DNA of 64,000 bases from a virus. Positions 20,466 through 30,176 of the stretch are shown here, piece by piece (position 1 is the stretch's first letter; each line of letters begins with the position of its first letter). The DNA is taken from IMG/VR virus record IMGVR_UViG_3300045988_164075. The stretch is one strand, 5' to 3'. The position numbers and the translations under genes were made by a program. A model generated the notes under the pieces. The model ran no database searches. It was not told where the DNA came from and was given only the letters and a program-made list of their open reading frames with translations.

Positions 20466-20794
20466 TGACCTTTACCGAATTCAAAAATATTGTTGAAAAT
20501 TTTCAGCAATATTTAAATAAATGTTCTAAACTACACCAAGAAGGAATAAATATATATAATTCTGATCTTTATAAACCTATAGTAAGTGCTTTCTACGATT
20601 TATTTGAATCAAAGTTCGATGAAGATAGAAGAAATACTTTACATTGGTATATAAATGATGCAAATCCTGAAGATTGTAATATAAGAGAACTTTACGCACT
20701 TATTGTACTAAATAAAGATATGTATAATGATCCTGTAAATGGGAGATATTTTGAGCTAAATTCTGAAGAAATTCAACAACTATATAATTCTTAA
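20465..20794 (+). CDS. hypothetical protein
   Basis: Complete ORF. ATG overlaps the ligase stop (TAATG). Confidence 0.6.
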   Translation: MTFTEFKNIVENFQQYLNKCSKLHQEGINIYNSDLYKPIVSAFYDLFESKFDEDRRNTLHWYINDANPEDCNIRELYALIVLNKDMYNDPVNGRYFELNSEEIQQLYNS

Positions 20795-20945
20795 CTATAT
20801 CATCTGATAAAATTAGTGTGTAAATTTTAATTAAATAGTGAAAATAATATAGTTATATCATATAATATTTTAGTAAAAATTTACATGCTAATTTTAATAA
20901 ATTTTTATGTATGCAAAAAATCACATTTAAAAAGGAGGATTTAGA

Positions 20946-21529
20946 GTGTCGCAAGGTATTTTTTACCAGCGACACTCATTAGCTATTTTAAACATGGAAA
21001 TATAATCAAATACTGTAATCGTCCATTTGAATCATCTTCTGATATGAATAACGCTTTAGTATCAAATTGGAACAAAGTTGTTGCTCCTAATGATATTGTG
21101 TTTCATCTTGGAGATTTCTGTTTTGGTGATAGAAAAACTTGGAAAAGTTTTTGTAGCAAATTAAATGGAACTAAATATCTAATTCAGGGTAATCATGATC
21201 GAGAAAATGAAATTTATTATGAAGGTTTTGAATTAGTTTGTGATATAGCTCAAGTTGCAATTTATGATAATGAATTGGAGGATTATAGTACATTAATATT
21301 ATGTCATTATTGTTTAACAACTTGACCAGGACAATGAAATGGAGCAGTACATTGTTTTGGACATAGTCATACAAGTCCTTATAGTCAAAATCAGGCTGAT
21401 TACGATTATATTCAACATAGGGCTTTACCAAGTTATGATGTAGGAGTAGATAATAACAATTTTACACCTATATCTTATGATGAATTGAAAACAATTTTTA
21501 CAAAACAATTATTATATGGACATCATTAA
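20946..21529 (+). pseudogene. calcineurin-like metallophosphoesterase with a disrupted 5' end
   Basis: AAGGAGG then GTG 20946. The FTSDTH motif and the SYFKHGNIIKYCNRPF...LGDF...GNHD...GHSH region lie in three different frames. The frames are separated by single extra T residues near 20964 and 20980, and TAG occurs after DTH. Confidence 0.5.
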
Positions 21530-21707
21530 AAAAGCTTCAGCATTGACTGCAGAATATATGAATAATTATCAATCTCCAGATTGGTTAACTTCAAAAGGCA
21601 TAAATTCTAAATACAAAGATATTTATGATATAGCCTACGAATATTATTATCGACAATTAACCCAAGTAGAAGGAGATATTATATTAGGACAACAAATATG
21701 GATGTAG
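21516..21707 (+). CDS. small hypothetical protein
   Basis: Complete ORF overlapping its neighbours. Confidence 0.45.
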   Translation: MDIIKKASALTAEYMNNYQSPDWLTSKGINSKYKDIYDIAYEYYYRQLTQVEGDIILGQQIWM

Positions 21708-22090
21708 GATTAATATTATCATCATATAATAATACATTTAAGTATTATATACAACAACTATTTAATATTTGGAAGGATAAAGGTAGTATAAGTATATTAG
21801 TTGATCTTGATTTAAAATCAAATGAAACTAAACATTCTATTAATGATGCTATAATGATTATTAAAAACGCTCAGGAATTAGGCGCTAAAATTATAGTAAA
21901 TTCTAAAGAACCTAACAAATATACTTTATATAAAAATTATTTAGAAGTATTTGATAGCTTCTGCATAAGTTCTCCTGCAAAATATGATATTATATTAAGT
22001 AGTAATGCTGGACTAGAGCAAGCTATGTTAATACTTCAAGAAACAGCCAGATATTATAAATTATATAAAAATGAAACTAACAATAAGTAA
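21698..22090 (+). CDS. hypothetical protein
   Basis: Complete ORF of 130 aa. Confidence 0.55.
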   Translation: MDVGLILSSYNNTFKYYIQQLFNIWKDKGSISILVDLDLKSNETKHSINDAIMIIKNAQELGAKIIVNSKEPNKYTLYKNYLEVFDSFCISSPAKYDIILSSNAGLEQAMLILQETARYYKLYKNETNNK

Positions 22091-23330
22091 AAATGCTAAC
22101 ATTAATTATTTAGCTCGAATTGTACAAGTTGATACATTTCATCCGCATCCTAATGCAGATAAACTAAAATTATGTACAGTAGAAGGATATATAATTTCTA
22201 CAGGAATTGATAGCGTTGAAGGAATATATATATATATTTTCCCGTTGAATGTGTAATTAATCCAAAATTTTTAAAATATCATAATTTATATAGGAAGAAG
22301 GAATTGAACCAAAATCCTGAACAATCTGGATTTTTTGAAGAATCGGGAAGAGTTAAATGTATTAAACTCAGGGGGATTGCTTCTGAAGGTTTTATTATGC
22401 CTATAAATTCCTTAATTTCTTATATAAACGATAATGTTAGTTTTGATTATCCTATTGGAACAGAATTTGACACAATTAATGATGAACTATTTGTTTGGAA
22501 ATATGTTATTAAAACTAATATTTCTAATTCAAAATTAGGTGTTAAACAACCTAAAAAGGTACTCAATATAGTTGAAAATCAATTTCGATTTCATGTGGAT
22601 ACTGTTCAATTGCAAAAAGCAATTACTAATATTAATCTAGAAGATATTATTCAAATATCCAATCTTTCCAGAAGAACATTACTACAAATTTTGTTCATCT
22701 CGTAAAGTTATTAAGGATTGCAAATTAAACCCTAATTTAACAAAAGGGTATTATGATTGTGATATATGGAATATTGCGTTTAATGTAATCGAAGAGTATT
22801 TACAAAAAGGATTAACCGTATATGCATAAATCGTTGGATATATGCCTAATGGACAAATGATTCAAAAAGACTACGATTATAAATGTGTATATAATCCTAA
22901 ATCGTTTGATTATCAAAAAATGACCCCTAAACAAATGTATCATGCAAGATTGTTTGATATTATTGTTTATCGAATAACTTATACAAATGTTGATGGAAAA
23001 GTATTTGAATTTTCAACACAACAAGTTAAAGAATTTTGTAAAAAATACAGTTTGCATTCAGTTAAGGAACTCTATTATGGTAGAGCAGAAAACCTCTTTC
23101 CTAATTTAAATATTAATGAACATTGGCATGAGGAATTTTTAACTAATCTAAGAAACATGTATCTTGAACAAAGATCTGTATTATGTAATAATAATGTTCC
23201 TGAAGAAGGTATTGTACTTCGTCGAGAAGTAAATGGTATAGATGTATATAAACTTAAATCAATTAATTTCCTTGAAAAAGAATCTAAAATGTTAGATAGA
23301 GGGGAAATTGATATTGAATCAAATCAATAA
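22071..23330 (+). pseudogene. RNA ligase (OB-fold N-domain plus nucleotidyltransferase) disrupted by frameshifts and an in-frame TAA
   Basis: N-terminus is INYLARIVQVDTFHPHPNADKLKLCTVEGY, then KLRGIASEGFIMP. EGIVLRRE and YKLKSINF match motifs IV and V. The frame changes at (AT)7 22224-22237 and again near 22650-22700. TAA 22827-22829 sits where YAEIVGY is expected. The motif I lysine region is degenerate. Confidence 0.6.
22224..22237 (+). repeat. (AT)7 dinucleotide repeat at a frameshift point
   Basis: atatatatatatat. Loss of one AT unit would fuse ORF 22071-22256 to the frame of ORF 22304-22705. Confidence 0.8.
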
Positions 23331-23334
23331 TTAT

Positions 23335-23859
23335 ATGGAAATAAAGGATAAAGTTGAACTTCCTATAATGGACGATCGTATTTGGAAGTTATTTAATATT
23401 TTAATTAATACTGAGCCTAAGTGCGTATGCTCTAATATTTTAGTATATAATATCAACGATATAGATATTAAATTAATTTGGGAATATGAGAAAGAAGAAG
23501 ATAAATTTAAACCATACACTTTTGTAAACCCAATTAATGAATATTGCAATGATTCTAATTATGTTATTTCTGCTATAACCTGCAGTTATTCTCCAAGCTT
23601 AGTTACAACAGGAAAAATTAAGTTTTTTATTGATACTCCCTATAAAAAATATTGTGTCCGAAAACTTACTTTTGAAGAACAGTATGTTTATCAAAAGAAA
23701 TTATACGGAATCTATTTTAATTATGATATAAACTATCTAAATCAATTTTTGCCTAAATCTGATTTATCTGGAATAGATTTGGATGCACCTGGGTATGAAC
23801 AAGTATTAGGCTATGAACAAAAAATTATTGAAGATTCTGAAAGAGTCAAAAAGGATTAA
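23335..23859 (+). CDS. hypothetical protein
   Basis: ATG at 23335 lies within track ORF 23308-23859. TAA stop. Confidence 0.55.
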   Translation: MEIKDKVELPIMDDRIWKLFNILINTEPKCVCSNILVYNINDIDIKLIWEYEKEEDKFKPYTFVNPINEYCNDSNYVISAITCSYSPSLVTTGKIKFFIDTPYKKYCVRKLTFEEQYVYQKKLYGIYFNYDINYLNQFLPKSDLSGIDLDAPGYEQVLGYEQKIIEDSERVKKD

Positions 23860-24310
23860 ATATATTTATAGAATAGCTAATTCTTTATATAAAGAAGGAT
23901 ATGAATATATAGTTATTGGCGATTTATCACAAGAAGACTTTCTAAAGTCATTTTCTATTCAATCAAACATTGTTCGATATTTTACAATAGATGATTGGTT
24001 TATTAGAATGCAATCAGGAAGTCTTCTTCCTTATGTATGTTCTATTCTTTCTAAAGCAAATAAAATTAAGGAATATTTAAATATATATTCTAAACCAGAT
24101 CTTTTAGCGTTTCGAAAATTAGTTAAATCAGGAATACTTTCTGATAACGAATGTGTACAAGAATGCTTATGAGCAATTCAAATTATTAAAGAATATCGAG
24201 TAAATAGAGTTAATGTTACTAACCAGAATTATATAAAATCTGACATAATCAAAATGTTCTTAGAAGAAGTAAACCCAATATACAAATCAAGTTTAAATAA
24301 AACTATATAA
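23813..24310 (+). CDS. hypothetical protein
   Basis: ORF 23813-24172 extends through TGA (ECLWAIQ) to TAA 24308-24310. Confidence 0.55.
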
Positions 24311-24379
24311 ATTAAGTATTACTTCATCTATTTGCATAATTTTAAATTATAGTAATGAAACAAAATAAATTAAATAATA

Positions 24380-24423
24380 GGAGGACCCTGTATGTCTAAG
24401 ATATTAGTATTACAGGGTCCTCC
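24380..24423 (+). promoter_or_regulatory. 13-bp perfect hairpin enclosing the SD-like sequence and start codon of the Pnkp gene
   Basis: ggaggaccctgta (24380-24392) pairs with tacagggtcctcc (24411-24423). The ATG lies at 24392-24394. Confidence 0.5.
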
Positions 24424-25290
24424 ATAAATCTAGCTTCTGGAAAATCTACCTGCGCTAGAGGACTCATTAAAAATAACAAAGAATGGGTTATAGTTTCTAG
24501 GGATTCTATTAGAGAATCTAGAGGAGATTATTGGGTTCCCGAACAGGAGGATTATATATCTTCTGTTGAAGAATTTTAAATTCGATCTGCTATTCAACAT
24601 AATTTAAATGTAATTATAGATGCTACAAATCTTAATCCAAAAACTATTAAAAAATGGAACAATTTAGCAACAGAATTAAATTGTAGTATCGAATATAGAG
24701 AGTTTTATATTCCATTTGAAGAAGCGTTAGAAAGAGATCGAAATCGAGAAAGACCTGTTGGAGAGAAAGTACTTAAACGTTTTTATCAAAGATATTATAA
24801 AGAAAAATATTTAGAAGAAACTAAACGTACTGATAATAGAAAGATCCTACCTCCAAACTCTAATCTCCCAAATTGCATTATCTGTGATTTAGATGGAACA
24901 CTTAGTATCATGAAAGATCGCAATCCTTACGATTTAACAAAAGTTAAAGAGGATCGTTGTGATCCAAGATTACAATATTTATTAAACTTAATTAACTCGT
25001 ACTTTAAGAATAACATACATATATTCTTCTTTAGTGGAAGAGAGGGTACAGAGCAATGTTATACTGATACATTTGAATGGCTATCTAAATATATAGACTT
25101 TCCTATTACTTTATTTATGCGTAACGAAGGCGATTATCGTCCAGATGAAATTATTAAAATAGAGCTTTATAATAAAGTAATTAAAGATAAGTATAATGTT
25201 TTATGTGTTTTTGATGATCGAGATAAGGTAGTTAAAGCTTGGAGAGAATTAGGATTATTAACGTTACAAGTATATTATGGAAACTTCTAA
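24392..25290 (+). pseudogene. polynucleotide kinase/phosphatase (T4 Pnk-like) with an interrupted P-loop
   Basis: MSKILVLQGPP is followed by the 8-nt stretch taaatcta (24425-24432), then ASGKSTCARGL. Removing the 8 nt gives GPPASGKST (Walker A). An in-frame TAA lies at 24577-24579. The phosphatase half (CDLDGTL, DxDGT) is intact as ORF 24910-25290. Confidence 0.65.
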
Positions 25291-25462
25291 TAAAAACATT
25301 AAAATTGGAGTAACTAGCAATAATATTAACGCAACTTTTGAATTACCGTGGGATGCTAGTTATGAAGAAATAATAAGAGTATTTCGATTAATTTCACTAG
25401 GTTTAGAATATTTACCTAATACAATTGACAAATATTTAACAATTCCGAAAGATGACGAGTAA
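25277..25462 (+). CDS. small hypothetical protein
   Basis: Complete ORF of 61 aa. Confidence 0.45.
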   Translation: METSNKNIKIGVTSNNINATFELPWDASYEEIIRVFRLISLGLEYLPNTIDKYLTIPKDDE

Positions 25463-25721
25463 TGAATTTAATGAGAAGTATAAAGATCATTTAGAAGAAG
25501 GTTTTGAAGGATTGGTTTTTCTAAACGAAGAAATTATAGACTATTGTGATAAAATATTTCAGATTCTCCTTATAACAAATCCTAATTTTACGTATAGCCA
25601 AATTAAACGTAAGTGAGGAACAAGTAGGGTGTACATAAATAATGTAGATATTCGGATATGTAAAATAATAGAAGATAATATTGATCGTATTATTCTTAAA
25701 CTTCAAGGAAATGAAATCTAA
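25452..25721 (+). CDS. small hypothetical protein
   Basis: ATG 25452, one in-frame TGA (KRKWGTS), TAA 25719-25721. Confidence 0.45.
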
Positions 25722-25890
25722 ATTTGTAATTGTAGAATGACCAGAAATACAATCTTATATAGATAAAGAAGGATTTGATAATAATTGTTGCCTTATTAAT
25801 GATGATACTTGACTTGATCAATATGGGGCACTTAGTTACTTTGTCAATGAAGAGTGGAAACACAAAGTAGATGAAAAAATATATTCTTAA
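25711..25890 (+). CDS. small hypothetical protein
   Basis: ATG 25711, two in-frame TGA (VEWPE, DTWLD), TAA 25888-25890. Confidence 0.45.
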
Positions 25891-25913
25891 AGTTATCATA
25901 AACTATAGAAATC

Positions 25914-26456
25914 ATGTCTACGCACTGTACACTTACAATTAAATTATCTAATAGAAATTACAAAGGGATATATTGTCATTTTGATGGAGATATTGCTTTA
26001 GAAACTTTAAATAAATTTTGAACAAAAGAAGAAGATGTTCAAAAACTAATAGATAAAGGGCATATAAGTAGTTTAGGTAAAAATATTAGTAGTACTGCAT
26101 TTTATACAGACCGAGGACAAGATCTAAATTTTTATTCTGGAGATACTATTAAGTGAAGAGAACCTTATAATTATATTTATATACCTAACAAACAGCAATG
26201 ATATTTATATAAAATGAATATAAGTGATATTAACGCTCCATACTTAGAAAAAACTATTTTCTTTAAATATATCTTATATACAACTATCAATAATATAGAA
26301 TTCACAAGTGATATATTAAATGGGGTAGTTATTACTGATTCTTCGAGTTATTCTTCAATTATCTCGTCTTATATAACAGATATTCATCATGATTTAATGT
26401 TAGATTATGATGCATCTTTTGTAATACTTTCTACCGAATGCGATACAAAATATTAA
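25914..26456 (+). CDS. hypothetical protein
   Basis: ATG 25914 is in frame with ORF 26214-26456 through 3 TGA (KFWTK, IKWRE, QQWYL). Confidence 0.5.
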
Positions 26457-26647
26457 CTTCAGAAATAGATGCTACTTCAATGGACAAATATACATATCTT
26501 AAAGATATTGAGAAGGTACCTATCCAACATCTAGAAAATAAACGCATTAAAGGATTCTACTGTAATTGAAACGAGTATACGTTTTGAATAAGTGAAAATG
26601 ATTTTAACAAAATATGTATAATAGAAAAATATGATAAAGAAATATAG
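26438..26647 (+). CDS. small hypothetical protein
   Basis: ATG 26438, two in-frame TGA, TAG 26645-26647. Confidence 0.35.
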
Positions 26648-26897
26648 AAAGAAACCTGTTGAAATAGACGCTATTCAATATACAGGTAATAACGTTAGCG
26701 AAATTGAAAATTTTGTAGGAACTAATCTTTTACATTATAATACTCAAGAAGAAAATAATTATCAACTAGGAATTCCAACTTTAGAAGGTATAATGAAAGC
26801 TTCTATAGGAGATTACATTATTAGAGGAGCTAAAGGTGAATTCTATCCTTGTAAGCCTGATATATTTAAAATAACATACGATGAAGTACAATGTTAA
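26631..26897 (+). CDS. hypothetical protein
   Basis: Complete ORF of 88 aa. Confidence 0.55.
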   Translation: MIKKYRKKPVEIDAIQYTGNNVSEIENFVGTNLLHYNTQEENNYQLGIPTLEGIMKASIGDYIIRGAKGEFYPCKPDIFKITYDEVQC

Positions 26898-27134
26898 TTA
26901 GAAATAAAACAGTATATATATTTGATATAGAGGTGTTTCCAAATGTATTTCATTGTTCTGTTAAAAATACTGAAACAAAAGAAATAACGCATTTAGAAAT
27001 TTCTTCTAAACGTAATGATTTGATGAAAATTGTAGATCTCTTTTGGCAAATTAAAACAGAAGACCAGAAGAGTATTTGAAACAAAAATTATACTACTGAT
27101 CTACAATTTAATGTCGATAAAATAATGTGCGGAT
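26891..27134 (+). CDS. family B DNA polymerase, exon 1
   Basis: YIFDIEVFPN is the Exo I DxE motif. One in-frame TGA. The exon ends ...KIMCG plus a U. Confidence 0.85.
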
Positions 27135-27398
27135 AAATTTGAAATTTTCTAAATGTCCCTGTTACTATGTAACAGAAAATCGGGTGAATTGCTGGAAACT
27201 CCCTCTGGGACAATCAGCAGCGAAGCTACAGAAGTACATAAAAGTATGTAGAACGTTCAACGACTAATTCTTGAGTAGTACAAACAATAATAGAAACACG
27301 AGCGCCCGACTTAATCTTTTATAGATTAAGATGATATAGTCTGAACTATATAGTAATATATAGAATTATTAGTTAAATGATAATAAGTTAACAAATTG
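27135..27398 (+). mobile_element. ORF-less group I-type intron (264 nt)
   Basis: Removal gives CGYNILHYDTP. It contains gctggaaactcc...gacaatcagcagc...gttcaacgactaa...gatatagtctgaactatatagtaatatatag and ends in G. Confidence 0.75.
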
Positions 27399-28345
27399 AT
27401 AATATTTTGCATTATGATACCCCAATTATCAATTATATTATCGATTATCATCAAATCATGCAATATAAGACATATAGAGAAATCTGTCAATCAATTTATA
27501 ACTTAAATCGTCTTATAATTACATCTACTGATGGAAATTTTACATCCTGAAGTAAATGAAAATATAAAGTTTATTTTGAGTCATTAGATCTATTAACAAT
27601 GTTATATTCTCAAAAGCTAAGAGTAGGATTGAAAGAAATGCAGGTAACTATGCAGTATCATAATGTCCAAGAATATGATGGGGATTTTTGCTCTGATTTA
27701 CCTGTTTCAGAAATTCCAAATATGGTTAGTTATTGTGATAATGATGTTAATAGTACTGAAGCACTACTTTATAGATGTAAAAAAGATATTGATTTAAGAA
27801 TTGCTATTGAAGATGAATATGGAGTAAAGGTATTAAATAAAGATGGAGTAAACATTGGAATGAAAATTATTACTCAAAAGTACCTCGAAAAAACAGGACA
27901 AACTTGGAATCAAATTAAAGATTTAAGATCTCCTTGTGATCAAATTCCATTAAAAGATGTTATACTTCCTTTTGTGAAATTTAACACTCCAGTTCTTCAA
28001 AATTTATTATCTGAAATTAAAGAACTTACCGTTTCTCCAGGGCGTAAAGGTCTAGAAAAGAAATTTATCCTTGGAGGAGTTGAACACTTATTTTCAGTAG
28101 GCGGATTGCATTCTGTTAACAAACCAGAAGAGATAATTCCTAATGAAAATCAAATATTAGTCGATAAAGACGTAACGAGTCTTTATCCTAGTATGATTAT
28201 AGAACATGAATTTTACCCTAAACACCTTGGTCGGGAATTCCTTGAAGTATATAAACAAATTAAAGATGAACGTGTTGCAGCAAAAAAAGCGGGTGATAAA
28301 ATTAAAAATGAAACACTAAAATTAGCTCTTAACGGACTCTCAGGT
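27399..28345 (+). CDS. family B DNA polymerase, exon 2
   Basis: DKDVTSLYPS is motif A (DxxSLYPS). It ends in ETLKLALNGLSG, the start of motif B. Confidence 0.9.
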
Positions 28346-28607
28346 TGAGTTTTATAATCAGCCCCTTCATTCAGGAATGGATGATGTGAATGAACCAAAA
28401 TCGGTGAACATCTGAAACGATAACACCGAGGTAACAGTAGAATGTAACAATTCTTCTGCACCGTACAGCGTAGAAACTGAAACTTCTAATGAAGAATAAA
28501 ATGTTTCCAAGAGTGGTTCTCTCCAGAACGGAGTAAAATGTACGCGGGACTGCATAGAACAGAAATATGCAGAAGTTAAGATAAAAAGCTTAACGATAAC
28601 ACAATCG
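28346..28607 (+). mobile_element. ORF-less group I-type intron (262 nt)
   Basis: It lies between ...NGLSG and NLQNEHNF. The 5' exon ends in U and the intron ends in G. Its 3' domain is homologous to 156-305. Confidence 0.7.
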
Positions 28608-28660
28608 AACCTTCAAAATGAGCATAATTTTTGTTATAGCCCCTTTACCGTTATGCAGAT
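28608..28660 (+). CDS. family B DNA polymerase, 53-nt micro-exon
   Basis: Encodes NLQNEHNFCYSPFTVMQ(I). It is in frame with both neighbouring exons only after both introns are removed. Confidence 0.7.
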
Positions 28661-29470
28661 TAAATTTTAGTCTGGCTATATAGTAATATATAGATTAATT
28701 AACTCTTTTAATTGCTGAAAACTCTGACCGTGAAAGACGAAGACAATCAGCAGCCAAGTTATACTATATGATTTTAAAAAATAAGGAACTTAATCTTGAA
28801 AATGAATATTTTAAAGTAGTAGCATTTGATGAAGAACGCTACAAAGAATCAAATAGACGACGTTTATACTATTTGATACAATGTAAAAGATGTGGCAAAG
28901 TATTTTCTAGAAGAAAAGAAGCTATTATAAATGGATTTAATATAAAATGTCCAAATTGTATTAGAACAAGATTTGGTGCTACATTAAATACACTATTGTA
29001 TAACGTATATATTCATTATAAAAATAATGCAGCACAACGTAATATAAATTTTAATTTATCAGAAAAAGACTTTAAAGTTTTAGTTAAACAGAATTGTTAT
29101 TATTGTGGACAAGCGCCTACTAAAACTAAAACTGCTAGTTATAAAAATGAATATGAAGAAATAAACGGAATAGATCGAATCGATTCGTCAAAAGAGTATT
29201 CTTTAGATAATTGTGTTCCTTGTTGTGAAATGTGTAATAAAATGAAAAACACTTATACACAAGATGTGTTTTTTGAAAAAATTACTCAAATATATAATCA
29301 TAGTATAAAAGGTTCAACGACTATCCTGCAAGGGAGTACATTACAAGCTAATGGTAATGGAAATAGAGAGTATCCAAAAATGGATAAAGATATAGTCTAA
29401 TCTGTATAGAAATATACAGCAGTTCATAAAAGAACGTATATAGGATTTGCGACCTATATAGAATATAATG
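28661..29470 (+). mobile_element. group I-type intron carrying an HNH endonuclease gene
   Basis: Contains tagtctggctatatagtaatatatag, gctgaaaactc...gacaatcagcagcc, ggttcaacgactat and gatatagtctaa. Removal gives VMQIRINGQLL. Confidence 0.75.
28768..29400 (+). CDS. HNH homing endonuclease
   Basis: CYYCGQ...NGIDRIDSSKEYSLDNCVPCCEMCNKMK is an HNH pattern. Complete ORF. Confidence 0.85.
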   Translation: MILKNKELNLENEYFKVVAFDEERYKESNRRRLYYLIQCKRCGKVFSRRKEAIINGFNIKCPNCIRTRFGATLNTLLYNVYIHYKNNAAQRNINFNLSEKDFKVLVKQNCYYCGQAPTKTKTASYKNEYEEINGIDRIDSSKEYSLDNCVPCCEMCNKMKNTYTQDVFFEKITQIYNHSIKGSTTILQGSTLQANGNGNREYPKMDKDIV

Positions 29471-30176
29471 TAGAATTAACGGTCAACTATTGTTATTAAT
29501 GTTAGCTGAAAGGCTAATAAGTGTTGGAGCACGCATTATAAACACAAATACGGATGGTATATTCTATTTAATTGATAAGAATCGGCTTAAAGATGACGAA
29601 AAAGTTTGTAAAGAGTGAGAAACTATAACTAAGCTTAATCTAGAAGCTGATTATTTTGAAGCAATGTTTCAATTTGCAATTAATGATTATTTAGCTATTA
29701 AAGAAGGTTATTCAAAAACACATGATCCTAGTTTACTTAAAACAAAGGGATTATTTATAGATCAAGTAAAACTTGGTAAAGGGATGGCAGCTACTATTAT
29801 ACCTGAAGCTATAATTAAACGATTAGCTGATAATATTCCTGTTGAGGAGACAATTAGAAACTGTCAAGATATTCATAAGTTTCTAACTTATCAAAAAGTT
29901 AGTAAGGATTACTCAGTAGAATATGATGGAAAACTTATACAGCGAATAAATCGCTATTATGTATCGACCGATGGCCCTTGGCTTTATAAATGTAAAATTG
30001 ATCATAACGGCAACCGTTATAAATATATTAAACTATTAACTGATTCAGGAGTAACTATTTTAAATAAGATTGAACCTAACATGCCTTTGCCAAAAAATAT
30101 AAATTATCGTTATTATATTGCCGCTGCTCAGAAAATAGTTAACTGCTTTAAACAAAAACAACTAACACTATTTTAG
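29471..30176 (+). CDS. family B DNA polymerase, exon 4
   Basis: RINGQLLLLMLAERLISVGARIINTNTDGIFY contains motif C (DTD-like). One in-frame TGA. TAG stop at 30174-30176. Confidence 0.85.

Noticed and set aside
20795-20945. AT-rich 150-bp intergenic region with aaattt/taaatttt repeats, considered as a replication origin or promoter cluster.
   Set aside because: It has no iterons, no clear inverted-repeat architecture and no TAnnTTTG match. Its composition alone is not distinctive in this genome.
22224-22237. (AT)7 tract as a programmed phase-variation switch.
   Set aside because: The same gene has two further independent lesions, so a single reversible switch cannot restore it. It is reported as part of the pseudogene evidence instead.
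20925-24391. Strong AGGAGG Shine-Dalgarno sequences before the phosphoesterase and Pnkp genes as evidence of foreign (non-Bacteroidota) origin.
   Set aside because: Similar purine-rich boxes occur before other genes, for example taggag upstream of 5549. The phosphoesterase also contains TGA=Trp codons, so the signal is not discriminating.
24422-24435. T4 gene-60-style translational bypass over the 8-nt gap in the Pnkp P-loop.
   Set aside because: The take-off codon would be CCA, but the codon at the required landing position is CTA, not a matching Pro codon. A second in-frame TAA lies downstream. The idea is kept only as a low-probability alternative in the finding.
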